Source: Eledone cirrhosa (lineage: Eukaryota). Taken from it: 64,000 nt of DNA. The stretch covers positions 279,124,001 to 279,188,000 of the forward strand of contig OZ024740.1 in NCBI GenBank assembly GCA_964016885.1, read 5' to 3'. Positions 24,340 to 41,000 of this stretch are shown in pieces (within the stretch, counting starts at the first letter, position 1; each line of letters begins with the position of its first letter). A program made the position numbers and the translations under genes. Below the pieces are notes generated by a model that did not search any database, was not told where the DNA came from, and saw only the letters and a list, made by a program, of their open reading frames with translations.

Positions 24340-24385
<46 letters not shown>

Positions 24386-24389
<4 letters not shown>

Positions 24390-24934
24390 TCATCGTTTAA
24401 CGTCCATATTCCACGCTCGCATGGGTTTGGACGGGAGTTTTCCCACTTGAGGCAAGAGTGGTTGTCTTGCTCGCATAGGACTGTCTGGCGGGTTTTCTAC
24501 GGCTGGATTCCCTTCGTAACACCAACCACATTTACAGTGGGGAACTGGGAGGTTTTTACCGTGTTACCTACACGACCACATTACAGCGTGGACTGTGTGA
24601 TTTTTGTCGTGACACCTACACGACCTCGTTTGTTTCGGGCTGGATGTTGTGGTACCAACATAACTTTACATTGAAAGGTGTGGTGTGGATGGGGTGGGGG
24701 TAGTGGGACGGGGGTGTATTTTGTTAGAGGTGCCTACTGACTGTAGTAGGTTTCACTTTGCACTTAGGTAAGGCGGGTCTTCTTATTACTGTGTAGCGCC
24801 AAAGATCTCGGTCCATTGACATTGTCTTGGAGAGGTGTAAGTGTGTGAGGTCGGAATTTATCAAGTCGTCCCAGGTTTTTCTGGGTCTGCCTACTCCGTG
24901 GCTACCGTCTATTTTTATTACCCTGCACTTTTTT

Positions 24935-24935
<1 letters not shown>
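24386..24935 (-). mobile_element. 5'-truncated RTE-clade LINE 3' end within (TA)n
   Basis: KKCRVIKIDGSHGVGRPRKTWDDLI; (cat)n tail abutting (TA)n. Confidence 0.9.
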
Positions 24936-24985
<50 letters not shown>

Positions 24986-25016
24986 CATACATGCATATAT
25001 ATATATATGTATATAT

Positions 25017-26627
25017 ATGCCCTCTTCCTTGTGAGGCAATTACAGGAAAAGTACCTAGCTAAAAGTAAGCCACTCTACTTGGCATTTGTCGACCTTGAGA
25101 AAGCCTTTGACAGAGTTCCACGTGCGGTAATCTGGTGGGCTCTTAGAAAACTAGGAGTAGATGAATGGCTTGTGAAAGCGGTACAAGCCGTGTATAGGGG
25201 AGCAGTCAGCAAAGTTAGGATTAGCAATGAGTATAGCGAGGAATTTAGCGTACAGGTTGGGGTCCACCAGGGCTCTGTTCTTAGCCCTCTCCTGTTCATC
25301 ATAGGCCTGCAGGTAATAACGGAGGAGTTTAAGACCGGATGCACATAGGAACTCCTGTATGCTGATGACCTCGCACTCCTAGCTGAATCTATGGTAGAAC
25401 TAGAGAATAAATTCCAAACCTGGAAGCAGGGACTAGAGAGAAAGGGTCTCAAAGTCAACATGACAAAGACTAAGGTCCTTGTAAGTAGACGAGAAAACAG
25501 AACCCAGATCCCCTCAGGGAAATGGCCTTGCTCAGTATGTAGGAAAGGTGTAGGTAGGAACTCCATTCTCTGCCCCAAATGCAAACAATGGGTACACAAG
25601 AGATGTAGCGGGATCTCAGGAAGCTTAATTAAGAATGTAGGATTCACATGCAGCAGCTGTGCTGAAACAGCAAGCAGCAAACAGCCACAGGAAACAAGTA
25701 CCACCAATCTCTGGGAGGGCCCTGTAGAAACAGTAGACAGCTTCTGCTACCTAGGTGACCGAATTAGCAACGGAGGTGGGTGTTCAGAAAGTACAATAAC
25801 TAGGGTAAGAACGGGATGGAAGAAGTTTAGGGAACTACTACCACTGCTAGCTGCAAAAGGCTTCTCCCTCAGAATGAAAGGCAGACTGTATGATGCGTGT
25901 ATCCGAACAGCGATGTAGCATGGTAGTGAGACCTGGGCGCTGAAGGTGGAAGACTTACGTAGATTAGAGAGAAACGAAGCCTGCATGCTCCGATGGATGT
26001 GTAACAGTAATATACGTGAACGACAAAGCATAAATGAATTGAGAGAGAGACTGAGCATAAGAGGAATTAAATGCTGTGTGCAGGAGAGGCGGTTGCGCTG
26101 GTATGGACATGTGATGCGTATGAAGGATGACAGCTGCATAAAAAGGTGCAGAGCACTAGAAGTTGATGGAAACCGCGGAGTGGGGAGACCCAAGATGACC
26201 TGGGATGAGGTGATAAAAGCCGACCTTACCCAACTACACCTCTCAAAGACAATGACACACGACCGTGACTTCTGGCGTCACGCAGTAATACAGGGTACCC
26301 GACCTCCCATGGGTACATGCTGAAGCATATAAACAATATGCCCCCACACACCCCACGGCAAGGTGGTCGTGGAGGTGCCACGGCAAAAAAAGCACCCAGC
26401 CCATACTGTAAAGTGGACGTGTAGGCGCCACGAAAAAGCACCCAGCACTAACTGTAAATGAGGTTGGTGTTAGGAAGGGCATCCAGCTGTAGAAATCAAG
26501 CCAGATCAGTTCCTGTATGAACAAGGCATGGTCAGCCGACCAGACACTGCACACAACAGGACAACCCGTCTAACCCATGCTAGCGTGGAAGAACGGACGT
26601 AAAACGGTGATAATGATGATGATGATG

Positions 26628-26628
<1 letters not shown>
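25017..26628 (+). mobile_element. 5'-truncated RTE-clade LINE (RT to 3' tail) with premature stops
   Basis: LAFVDLEKAFDRVPR, GVHQGSVLSPLLF, LLYADDL, C4HC3 insert, FCYLGD, RLRWYGHV; TAG stops near 25346 and 25916; (gat)n tail into (TA)n. Confidence 0.95.
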
Positions 26629-27530
<902 letters not shown>

Positions 27531-27539
27531 AAGAATGAA

Positions 27540-28677
27540 TAATAACAGGTAGACATCATAAAAAGGTAGTTTATTCCGTGTGCTTACAAGTGTTTCCACG
27601 GTGGTACTGCAGCCTAGTTCCGCTACGTGCAAATTCACAAGTATTTGCAGAACTCGAATATCCAATGCTGTGACCACTGTTTCCTCAGAGCAGAATGGTA
27701 AATATACAATGTAAAAACCCTTAAGTGGGGTTGTTGGGGAAGATAGAGTGGAACAGGAAGAGAGAAAAGTAGGGAAGATGGAGAGAGAAGGAAAGATATG
27801 CAGGGGTTGGAGAAGTAGGAGAGAGTGGCTTGTAGATATCTTAATCAAAATGTTATGGTAGGGGTTTTATTAGTTACTTTTGGAGAGATGCGTAGATAGT
27901 TGAGGTCGGAATTATTTATTGCCCCAGAGGTCAAGTTCATAGATGTTGAGAGGGAGGTAGGTCAAAGGTGAGAGAGAGAGAGTGTAATGGATGTAGAGAG
28001 AGATATATAGGTAGAGAGGGGACAGATAAAGTATATGTGGTGAGTGAACTTTTGGTTTTGTAGTAGTAATCTAGGAATTGTACTGAGTTACCATGTATAG
28101 TGATAAGCAGTGTATTGTCTTGTAGTGTGGGGGAGAAGAGAAGGTTGTTAGCTAGAAAGTGGTGTTGTAGTTACGGGTTCGAATGTTAAGTTATTTTATA
28201 GTGAGAGAATTTAGCTTTTAGTTTGTGGTTGCAGTATAATGATCGTTCAATTCTATCGTTAAGTAATTTGTTTTTGGATTTTAGTATGTAAAATAGCTCA
28301 AGGTTACATAACCTGCAGTACTTCAAACCACTCCGATATGCATCTGCGCTGGAAATTATATCCCATTTTAAGGTGAACTGTTGGTTGTGTTCGCGGAGTT
28401 GCCAGGTCTTGTTGGCGAGCGTGGTCACAAAACGGTGATTCTGATGTTTGATTGAGAATCGATGACGGTACCAGCGAGATTTAAACGATGTGGTGGTAGA
28501 TCCGATATAATACCATTTCTGGTCGTCCGATTCAACCGTGCATTGGTAAACAATGTTGGACTTTAGGCATTCATTCTGCAATGGACATCTTTCAGGTAGA
28601 TGGCAGTTACATGCTTTGTTGTGGGTAGCGGGTATACCATAGATAGGTTGTGATAGCGGTACAGGTGGGTTGTGCAA

Positions 28678-28680
<3 letters not shown>
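27540..28680 (-). mobile_element. 3' part of a Penelope-like element: open GIY-YIG endonuclease frame (28186 to about 28680) plus terminal repeat
   Basis: [24 protein letters not shown]...[17 protein letters not shown]...CRLCNLE...LLNDRIE...CNH; stop-free for about 165 codons; embedded in (TA)n. Confidence 0.88.
27581..27692 (-). ncRNA. Type I hammerhead ribozyme with a long branched stem II, GUA triplet
   Basis: Minus strand: tgct-CTGAGGA-a acagtggt...accaccgt g-GAAA-ca ct tg-T-A-agca; lies downstream of, and on the same strand as, the GIY-YIG frame. Confidence 0.75.
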
Positions 28681-30882
<2,202 letters not shown>

Positions 30883-30885
<3 letters not shown>

Positions 30886-31248
30886 TCATCATCATCATCA
30901 TCATCAGGTTTAGCGTCCGTGTTCCACGCTTGCATGGGTTTGGACGGGGGTTTTCCCACTTGAGGCAAGAGTGGTTGTCTTGCTCGCATAGGACTGTCTG
31001 GCGGGTTTTCTACAGTTGGATGCCCTTCCTAACACCAACCACATTTACAGTGTGGGGCTGGGAGGTTTTTACCGTGTTGCCTACACGGCCACATTACAGC
31101 GTGGACTGTCTGGCGGGTTTTCTACAGCTGGATGCCCTTCCTAACACCAACCACATTTACAGTGTGGGGCTGGGAGGTTTTTACCGTGTTGCCTACACGG
31201 CCACATTTACAGCGTAGACTGTGTGTTTTTTGTCGTGACACCTACACG
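30883..31248 (-). mobile_element. RTE 3' UTR fragment with an internal tandem duplication of about 111 bp
   Basis: (cat)n tail; ggactgtctggcgggttttctacag...gcctacacggccacatt occurs twice (30991 and 31102). Confidence 0.85.
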
Positions 31249-31269
31249 ATATATATATGTATATATATG

Positions 31270-31300
<31 letters not shown>

Positions 31301-31315
31301 GTATGTATATATATG

Positions 31316-31366
<51 letters not shown>

Positions 31367-31596
31367 GTATATATATATATATGTTAATATTATTTATATA
31401 TTTTTTTCTTATATTTATTTGCGTGTGTTAATATGTAGTGGAGTGCATTCATGTATGTGTATGTATGTACGTTGTATGTTTGTGTGAATGTATGTATATG
31501 TGTGTGTATATATATGTGTGTGTGTATGTGTAGGCTTGTACACACACGTCTGTGTGTGTGTGTGTGTGTATGTATATGTGTATATATGTGTATATG

Positions 31597-31646
<50 letters not shown>

Positions 31647-31682
31647 GATATGTACATGTGTATATATATGTGTGTGTGTGTA

Positions 31683-31719
<37 letters not shown>

Positions 31720-31782
31720 ATGTATGAATATATGTATGTGTATATGTGTGTATATATGTGTATGTGTGTGTAGGTGTACGCT

Positions 31783-31828
<46 letters not shown>

Positions 31829-31840
31829 GTGTGTATGTGT
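31249..31840. repeat. Mixed (TA)n/(TG)n low-complexity tract running to the contig end
   Basis: Seen directly. Confidence 0.92.
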
Positions 31841-32040
31841 NNNNNNNNNNNNNNNNNNNNNNNNNNNNNNNNNNNNNNNNNNNNNNNNNNNNNNNNNNNN
31901 NNNNNNNNNNNNNNNNNNNNNNNNNNNNNNNNNNNNNNNNNNNNNNNNNNNNNNNNNNNNNNNNNNNNNNNNNNNNNNNNNNNNNNNNNNNNNNNNNNNN
32001 NNNNNNNNNNNNNNNNNNNNNNNNNNNNNNNNNNNNNNNN
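31841..32040. other. Assembly gap (200 N)
   Basis: Run of N; the round length suggests an arbitrary scaffold join. Confidence 0.99.
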
Positions 32041-35000
32041 CCAAGGGGAGATAATTTCCAGCCGTCCAAGGAGACATATTTTCCAGCCGTCCAAGGAGAG
32101 GTAATTCCTAGCCGTCCAAGGGGAGATAAATTCCAGCCTCCAAGGGGAGATAATTTCCAGCCAGCCAAGGGGAGATAATTTGTAAAAAAAATCAGGGGGA
32201 GATAATTTGTAAAGAAATCAGGGGGAGATAATTTGTAAAAAAAATCAGGGGGAGATAATTTGTAAAAAAAATCAGGGGGAGATAATTTGTAAAAAAAAAT
32301 CAGGGGGAGATAATTTGTAAAAAAAGTCAAGGGGAGATAATTTCCAGCCGTCCAAGGGAAGATAATTTCCAGCCCTCCAAGGGGCTATAATTTCCAGCGT
32401 CCAAGGGGAGATAATTTCCAGCCAGCGAAGGGGAGATAATTTTTTTAAAAAAATCATTGGGAGATTTGTAAAAAAATCAGGGGGAGATAATTTGTAAAAA
32501 AAATCAAGGGGAGATAATTTCCAGCCGTCCAAGGGGAGGTAATATCTAGCCGTCCAAGGGGTGATAATTTCCAGCCGTCCAAGGGGAGATAATTTCCAGC
32601 CGTCCAAGGGTAGATAATATCCAGCCGTCCAAGGACATATTTTCCAGCCGTCCAAGGAGAGGTAATTTCTAGCCGTCCAAGGGGAGATAAATTCCAGCCT
32701 CCAAGGTGAGATAATTTCCAGCCAGCCAAGGGGAGATAATTTGTAAAAAAATCAGGGGGAGATAATTTGTAAAAAAAATCAGGGGGAGATAATTTGTAAA
32801 AAAAAATCAGGGGGAGATAATTTGTAAAAAAAATCAAGGGGAGATAATTTCCAGCCGTCCAAGGGGAGATAATTTTCAGCCGTCCAAGGGGAGATAATTT
32901 CCCGCCAGCCAAGGGAAGATAATATTTAAAAAAATCAGGCGGAGATAATTTGTAAAAAAAATCAGGGGGAGATAATTTGTAAAAAAATCAGGGGGAGATA
33001 ATTTGTAAAAAAAAAATCAGGGGGAGATAATTTGTAAAAAAAATCAGGGGGAGATAATTTGTAAAAAAAAATCAGGGGTAGATGAATTGTAAAAAAAAAT
33101 CAGGGGGAGATAATTTGTAAAAAAAATCAGGGGGAGATAATTTGTAAAAAAAATGAAAGGGGAGATAATATCCAGCCGTCCAAGGGGAGATAATTTCCAG
33201 CCGTCCAAGGGGAGATAATTTCCAGCCGTCCAAGGGGAGATAATTTCCATCCTTCCAAGGGGATATAATTTCCAGCCGTCCAAGGGGAGATAATTTCCCG
33301 CCAGCCAAGGGAAGATAATATTTAAAAAAATTAGGCGGAGATAATTTGTAAAAAAAATCAGGGGGAGATAATTTGTAAAAAATCAGGGGGAGATAATTTG
33401 TAAAAAAAATCAGGGGGAGATAATTTGTAAAAAAAATCATGGGGAGATAATTTGTAAAAAAAAATCAGGGGTAGATAATTTGTAAAAAAAAATCAGGGGG
33501 AGATAATTTGTAAAAAAAAATCAGGGGGAGATAATTTGTAAAAAAAATCAAGGGGAGATAATTTCCAGCCGTCCAAGGGGAGATAATTTTCAGCCGTCCA
33601 AGGAGAGGTAATTTCTAGCCGTCCAAGGGGAGATAATTTCCAGCCGTCCAAGGGGAGGTAATTTCCAGCCGTCCAAGGGGAGATAATTTTAAAAAAAAAA
33701 TCAGGCGGAGATAATTTGTAAAAAAAATCAAGGGGAGATAATTTGCAGCCGTCCAAGGGGAGATAATTTTCAGTCGTCCAAGGAGAGGTAATTTCTAGCC
33801 GTCCAAGGGGAGATAATTTCCAGCCGTCCAAGGGGAGATAATTTTCAGCCGTCCAAGGAGAGGTAATTTCTAGCCGTCCAAGGGGAGATAATTTCCAGCC
33901 GTCCAAGGGGAGGTAATTTCCAGCCGTCCAAGGGGAGATAATTTAAAAAAAAAAATCAGGCGGAGATAATTTGTAAAAAAAATCAAGGGGAGATAATTTG
34001 CAGCCGTCCAAGGGAAGATAATTTTCAGTCGTCCAAGGAGAGGTAATTTCTAGCCGTCCAAGGGGAGATAATTGCCAGCCGTCCAAGGGGAGATAATTTC
34101 CAGCCGTCCAAGGGGAGATAATTTTTTTTAAAAAATCAGGCGGAGATAATTTGTAAAAAAAATCATTGGGAGATAATTTGTAAACAAAATCAGGGGGAGA
34201 TAATTTGTAAAAAAAAATCAGGGGGAGATAATTTGTAAAAAAAATCATGGAGAGATAATTTCCAGCCGTCCAAGGGGAGATAATTTCCAGCCTTCCAAGG
34301 AGACATATTTTCCAGCCGTCCAAGGCGAGGTAATTTCTAGCCGTCCAAGGGGAGATAAATTCCAGCCTCCAAGGGGAGATAATTTCCAGCCAGCCAAGTG
34401 GAGATAATTTGTAAAAAAATCAGGGGGAGATAATTTGTAAAAAATATCAGGGAGATAATTTGTAAAAAAAAATCAGGGGGAGATAATTTGTAAAAAAAAT
34501 CAGGGGGAGATAATTTGTAAAAAAAAATCAGGGGGAGATAATTTGTAAAAAAAATCAAGGGGAGATAATTTCCAGCCGTCCAAGGGGAGATAATTTTCAG
34601 CCGTCCAAGGGGAGATAATTTCCCGCCAGCCAAGGGAAGATAATATTTAAAAAAATCAGGCGGAGATAATTTGTAAAAAAAATCAGGGGGAGATAATTTG
34701 TAAAAAAATCAGGGGGAGATAATTTGTAAAAAAAAAATCAGGGGGAGATAATTTGTAAAAAAAATCAGGGGGAGATAATTTGTAAAAAAAAATCAGGGGT
34801 AGATAATTTGTAAACAAATATCAGGGGGAGATAATTTGTAAAAAAAAATCAGGGGGAGATAATTTGTAAAAAAAATGAAAGGGGAGATAATATCCAGCCG
34901 TCCAAGGGGAGATAATTTCCAGCCGTCCAAGGGGATATAATTTCCAGCCGTCCAAGGGGAGATAATTTCCATCCTTCCAAGGGGATATAATTTCCAGCCG

Positions 35001-38000
35001 TCCAAGGGGAGATAATTTCCCGCCAGCCAAGGGAAGATAATTTTTAAAAAAATCAGGCGGAGATTGTAAAAAAAATCAGGGGGGAGATAATTTGTAAAAA
35101 AATCAGGGGGAGATAATTTGTAAAAAATAATCAGGGGGAGATAATTTGTAAAAAAATTCAAGGGGAGATAATTTCCAGCCGTCCAAGGGGAGATAATTTC
35201 CCGCCAGCCAAGGGAAGATAATATTTAAAAAAATCAGGCGGAGATTGTAAAAAAAATCAGGGGGGAGATAATTTGTAAAAAAATCAGGGGGAGATAATTT
35301 GTAAAAAAAATCAGGGGGAGATAATTTGTAAAAAAATCAGCGGGAGATAATTTGTAAAAAAAATCAGGGGGAGATAATTTGTAAAAAAAATCATGGGGAG
35401 ATAATTTGTAAAAAGAAATCGGGTAGATAATTTGTAAAAAAAAATCAGGGGGAGATAATTTGTAAAAAAAAATCAGGGGGAGATAATTTGTAAAAAAAAT
35501 CAAGGGGAGATAATATCCAGCCGTCCAAGGAGAGATAATTTTAAAAAAAAATGAGGCGGAGATAATTTGTAAAAAAAAAATCAGGGGGAGTTAATTTGTA
35601 AAAAAAAATGAGGGGGAGATAATTTGTAAAAAAAATCAAGGGGAGATAATTTCCAGCCGTCCAAGGGGAGATAATTTTCAGCCGTCCAAGGAGAGGTAAT
35701 TTCTAGCCGTCCAAGGGGAGATAATTTCCAGCCGTCCAAGGGGAGGTAATTTCCAGCCGTCCAAGGGGAGATAATTTAAAAAAAAAAATCAGGCGGAGAT
35801 AATTTGTAAAAAAAATCAAGGGGAGATAATTTGCAGCCGTCCAAGGGGAGATAATTTTCAGTCGTCCAAGGAGAGGTAATTTCTAGCCGTCCAAGGGGAG
35901 ATAATTTCCAGCCGTCCAAGGGGAGATAATTTCCAGCCGTCCAAGGGGAGATAATTTTTTTTAAAAAATCAGGCGGAGATAATTTGTAAAAAAAATCAGG
36001 GGGAGATAATTTGTAAACAAAATCAGGGGGAGATAATTTGTAAAAAAAAATCAGGGGGAGATAATTTGTAAAAAAAATTAGGCGTAGATAATTTGTAAAA
36101 AAAAATCAGGGGGAGATAATTTGTAAAAAAAAATCAGGGGGAGATAATTTGTTTAAAAAATCAAGGGGAGATAATTTGCAGCCGTCCAAGGGGAGATAAT
36201 TTTCAGCCGTCCAAGGAGAGGTAATTTCTAGCCGTTCAAGGGGAGATAATTTCCAGCCGTCCAAGGGGAGATAATTTCCAGCCGTCCAAGGGGAGATAAT
36301 TTTTTTTTAAAAATCAGGCGGAGATAATTTGTAAAAAAAAATCAGGGGGAGATAATTCGTAAAAAAAAATCAGGGGGAGATAATTTGTAAAAAAAAATCA
36401 GGAGGAGATAATTTGTAAAAAAAATCAAGGGGAGATAATTTCCAGCCGTCCAAGGGGAGGTAATATCTAGCCGTCCAAGGGGAGATAATTTCCAGCCGTC
36501 CAAGGGGAGATAATTTCCAGCCGTCCAAGGGGAGATAATTTCCAGCCGTCCAAGGAGACATATTTTCCAGCCGTCCAAGGCGAGGTAATTTCTAGCCGTC
36601 CAAGGGGAGATAAATTCCAGCCTCCAAGGGGAGATAATTTCCAGCCAGCCAAGGGGAGATAATTTGTAAAAAAATCAGGGGGAGATAATTTGTAAAAAAT
36701 ATCAGGGAGATAATTTGTAAAAAAAAATCAGGGGGAGATAATTTGTAAAAAAAATCAGGGGGAGATAATTTGTAAAAAAAAATCAGGGGGAGATAATTTG
36801 TAAAAAAAATCAAGGGGAGATAATTTCCAGCCGTCCAAGGGGAGATAATTTTCAGCCGTCCAAAGAGAGGTAATTTCTAACCGTCCGAGGAGAGATAATT
36901 TCCAGCCGTCCAAGGGGAGATAATTTCCAGCCGTCCAAGGGGAGATAATTTCCAGCCGTCCAAGGAGACATATTTTCCAGCCGTCCAAGGAGAGGTAATT
37001 TCTAGCCGTCCAAGGGGAGATAAATTCCAGCCTCCAAGGGGAGATAATTTCCAGCCAGCCAAATGGAGATAATTTGTAAAAAAATCAGGGGGAGATAATT
37101 TGCAAAAAAAATCAGGGGGAGATAATTTGTAAAAAATAATCAGGGGGAGATAATTTCCAGCCGTCCAAGGGGAGATAATTTAAAAAAAAATCAGGCGGAG
37201 ATAATTTGTAAAAAAAAATCAGGGGGAGATAATTTGTAAAAAAAAATCAGGGGGAGATAATTTGTAAAAAAAATCAAGGGGAGATAATTTCCAGCCGTCC
37301 AAGGGAAGATAATTTCCAGCCCTCCAAGGGGCTATAATTTCCAGTGTCCAAGGGGAGATAATTTCCAGCCAGCGAAGGGGAGATAATTTTTTTTAAAAAA
37401 TCATTGGGAGATTTGTAAAAAAAATCAGGGGGAGATAATTTGTAAAAAAAATCAAGGGGAGATAATTTCCAGCCGTCCAAGGGGAGGTAATATCTAGCCG
37501 TCCAAGGGGAGATAATTTCCAGCCGTCCAAGGGGAGATAATTTCCAGCCGTCCCAGGGTAGATAATATCCAGCCGCCCAAGGACATATTTTCCAGCCGTC
37601 CAAGGAGAGGTAATTTCTAGCCGTCCAAGGGGAGATAAATTCCAGCCTCCAAGGGGAGATAATTTCCAGCCAGCCAAGGGGAGATAATTTGTAAAAAAAT
37701 CAGGGGGAGATAATTTGTAAAAAAAATCAGGGGGAGATAATTTGTAAAAAAAAATCAGGGGGAGATAATTTGTAAAAAAAAATCAGGGGGAGATAATTTG
37801 CAAAAAAAATCAGGGGGAGATAATTTGTAAAAAAAAATCAGGGGTAGATAATTTGTAAAAAAAAATCAGGGGGAGATAATTTGTAAAAAAAAATCAGGGG
37901 GAGATAATTTGTAAAAAAAATCAAGGGGAGATAATTTCCAGCCGTCCAAGGAGAGATAATTTTAAAAAAAATCAGGCGGAGATAATTTGTAAAAAAAAAT

Positions 38001-41000
38001 CAGGGGGAGATAATTTGTAAAAAAAATCAGGGGGAGATAATTTGTAAAAAAAAATCAGGGGTAGATAATTTGTAAAAAAAATCAGGGGGAGATAATTTGT
38101 AAAAAAAAATCAGGGGGAGATAATTTGTAAAAAAAATCAAGGGGAGATAATTTCCAGCCGTCCAAGGAGAGATAATTTTAAAAAAAATCAGGCGGAGATA
38201 ATTTGTAAAAAAAAATTAGGGGGAGATAATTTGTAAAAAAAAATCAGGGGGAGATAATTTGTAAAAAAAATCAAGGGGAGATAATTTCCAGCCGTCCAAG
38301 GGGAGATAATTTTCAGCCGTCCAAGGGGAGATAATTTCCCGCCAGCCAAGGGAAGATAATATTCAAAAAAATCAGGCGGAGATAATTTGTAAAAAAAATC
38401 AGGGGGAGATAATTTGTAAAAAAATCAGGGGGAGATAATTTGTAAAAAAAAAAATCAGGGGGAGATAATTTGTAAAAAAAATCAGGGGGAGATAATTTGT
38501 AAAAAAAAATCAGGGGTAGATAATTTGTAAAAAAAAATCAGGGGGAGATAATTTGTAAAAAAAAATCAGGGGGAGATAATTTGTAAAAAAAATGAAAGGG
38601 GAGATAATATCCAGCCGTCCAAGGGGAGATAATTTCCAGCCGTCCAAGGGGAGATAATTTCCAGCCGTCCAAGGGGAGATAATTTCCATCCTTCCAAGGG
38701 GATATAATTTCCAGCCGTCCAAGGGGAGATAATTTCCATCCTTCCAAGGGGATATAATTTCCAGCCGTCCAAGGGGAGATAATTTTCAGCCGTCCAAGGA
38801 GAGGTAATTTCTAGCCGTCCAAGGAGAGATAATTTCCAGCCGTCCAAGGGGAGATAATTTCCAGCCGTCCAAGGGGAGATAATTTCCAGCCGTCCAAGGA
38901 GACATATTTTCCAGCCGTCCAAGGAGAGGTAATTCCTAGCCGTCCAAGGGGAGATAAATTCCAGCCTCCAAGGGGAGATAATTTCCAGCCAGCCAAGGGG
39001 AGATAATTTGTAAAAAAAATCAGGGGGAGATAATTTGTAAAAAAAATCAGGGGGAGATAATTTGTAAAAAAAAATCAGGGGGAGATAATTTGTAAAAAAT
39101 AATCAGGGGGAGATAATTTGTAAAAAAAATCAAGGGGAGATAATTTCCAGCCGTCCAAGGGGAGATAATTTTCAGCCGTCCAAGGGGAGATAATTTCCCG
39201 CCAGCCAAGGGAAGATAATATTTAAAAAAATTAGGCGGAGATAATTTGTAAAAAAAATCAGGGGGAGATAATTTGTAAAAAAATCAGGGGGAGATAATTT
39301 GTAAAAAAAATCAGGGGGAGATAATTTGTAAAAAAAATCAGGGGGAGATAATTTGTAAAAAAAAATCAGGGGGAGATAATTTGTAAAAAAAATCAAGGGG
39401 AGATAATTTCCAGCCGTCCAAGGGAAGATAATTTCCAGCCCTCCAAGGGGCTATAATTTCCAGCGTCCAAGGGGAGATAATTTCCAGCCAGCGAAGGGGA
39501 GATAATTTTTTTTAAAAAATCATTGGGAGATTTGTAAAAAAAATCAGGGGGAGATAATTTGTAAAAAAAATCAAGGGGAGATAATTTCCAGCCGTCCAAG
39601 GGGAGGTAATATCTAGCCGTCCAAGGGGAGATAATTTCCAGCCGTCCAAGGGGAGATAATTTCCAGCCGTCCAAGGGTAGATAATATCCAGCCGTCCAAG
39701 GACATATTTTCCAGCCGTCCAAGGAGAGGTAATTTCTAGCCGTCCAAGGGGAGATAAATTCCAGCCTCCAAGGTGAGATAATTTCCAGCCAGCCAAGGGG
39801 AGATAATTTGTAAAAAAATCAGGGGGAGATAATTTGTAAAAAAAATCAGGGGGAGATAATTTGTAAAAAAAAATCAGGGGGAGATAATTTGTAAAAAAAA
39901 ATCAGGGGGAGATAATTTGTAAAAAAAAATCAGGGGGAGATAATTTGTAAAAAAATCAAGGGGAGATAATTTCCAGCCGTCCAAGGGGAGATAATTTTCA
40001 GCCGTCCAAGGGGAGATAATTTCCCGCCAGCCAAGGGAAGATAATATTTGAAAAAATCAGGCGGAGATAATTTGTAAAAAAAATCAGGGGGAGATAATTT
40101 GTAAAAAAATCAGGGGGAGATAATTTGTAAAAAAAAAATCAGGGGGAGATAATTTGTAAAAAGAATCAGGGGGAGATAATTTGTAAAAAAAAATCAGGGG
40201 TAGATAAATTGTAAAAAAAAATCAGGGGGAGATAATTTGTAAAAAAAATCAGGGGGAGATAATTTGTAAAAAAAATGAAAGGGGAGATAATATCCAGCCG
40301 TCCAAGGGGAGATAATTTCCAGCCGTCCAAGGGGAGATAATTTCCAGCCGTCCAAGGGGAGATAATTTCCATCCTTCCAAGGGGATATAATTTCCAGCCG
40401 TCCAAGGGGAGATAATTTCCCGCCAGCCAAGGGAAGATAATTTTTAAAAAAATCAGGCGGAGATTGTAAAAAAAATCAGGGGGGAGATAATTTGTAAAAA
40501 AATCAGGGGGAGATAATTTGTAAAAAAAAATCAGGGGGAGATAATTTGTAAAAAATAATCAGGGGGAGATAATTTGTAAAAAAAAATCAAGGGGAGATAA
40601 TTTCCAGCCGTCCAAGGGGAGATAATTTCCCGCCAGCCAAGGGAAGATAATATTTAAAAAAATTAGGCGGAGATAATTTGTAAAAAAAATCAGGGGGAGA
40701 TAATTTGTAAAAAAATCAGGGGGAGATAATTTGTAAAAAAAATCAGGGGGAGATAATTTGTAAAAAAATTCATGGGGAGATAATTTGTAAAAAAAAATCA
40801 GGGGTAGATAATTTGTAAAAAAAAATCAGGGGGAGATAATTTGTAAAAAAAAATCAGGGGGAGATAATTTGTAAAAAAAATCAAGGGGAGATAATTTCCA
40901 GCCGTCCAAGGGGAGATAATTTTCAGCCGTCCAAGGAGAGGTAATTTCTAGCGGTCCAAGGGGAGATAATTTCCAGCCGTCCAAGGGGAGGTAATTTCCA

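Larger units (their letters stand above)
23820..24340. mobile_element. Fold-back PLE-type terminal repeat: arms about 23926-24081 / 24186-24340, spacer about 105 bp
   Basis: Inverted arms of about 155 bp, each with a hammerhead motif; flanked by (TA)n. Confidence 0.8.
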
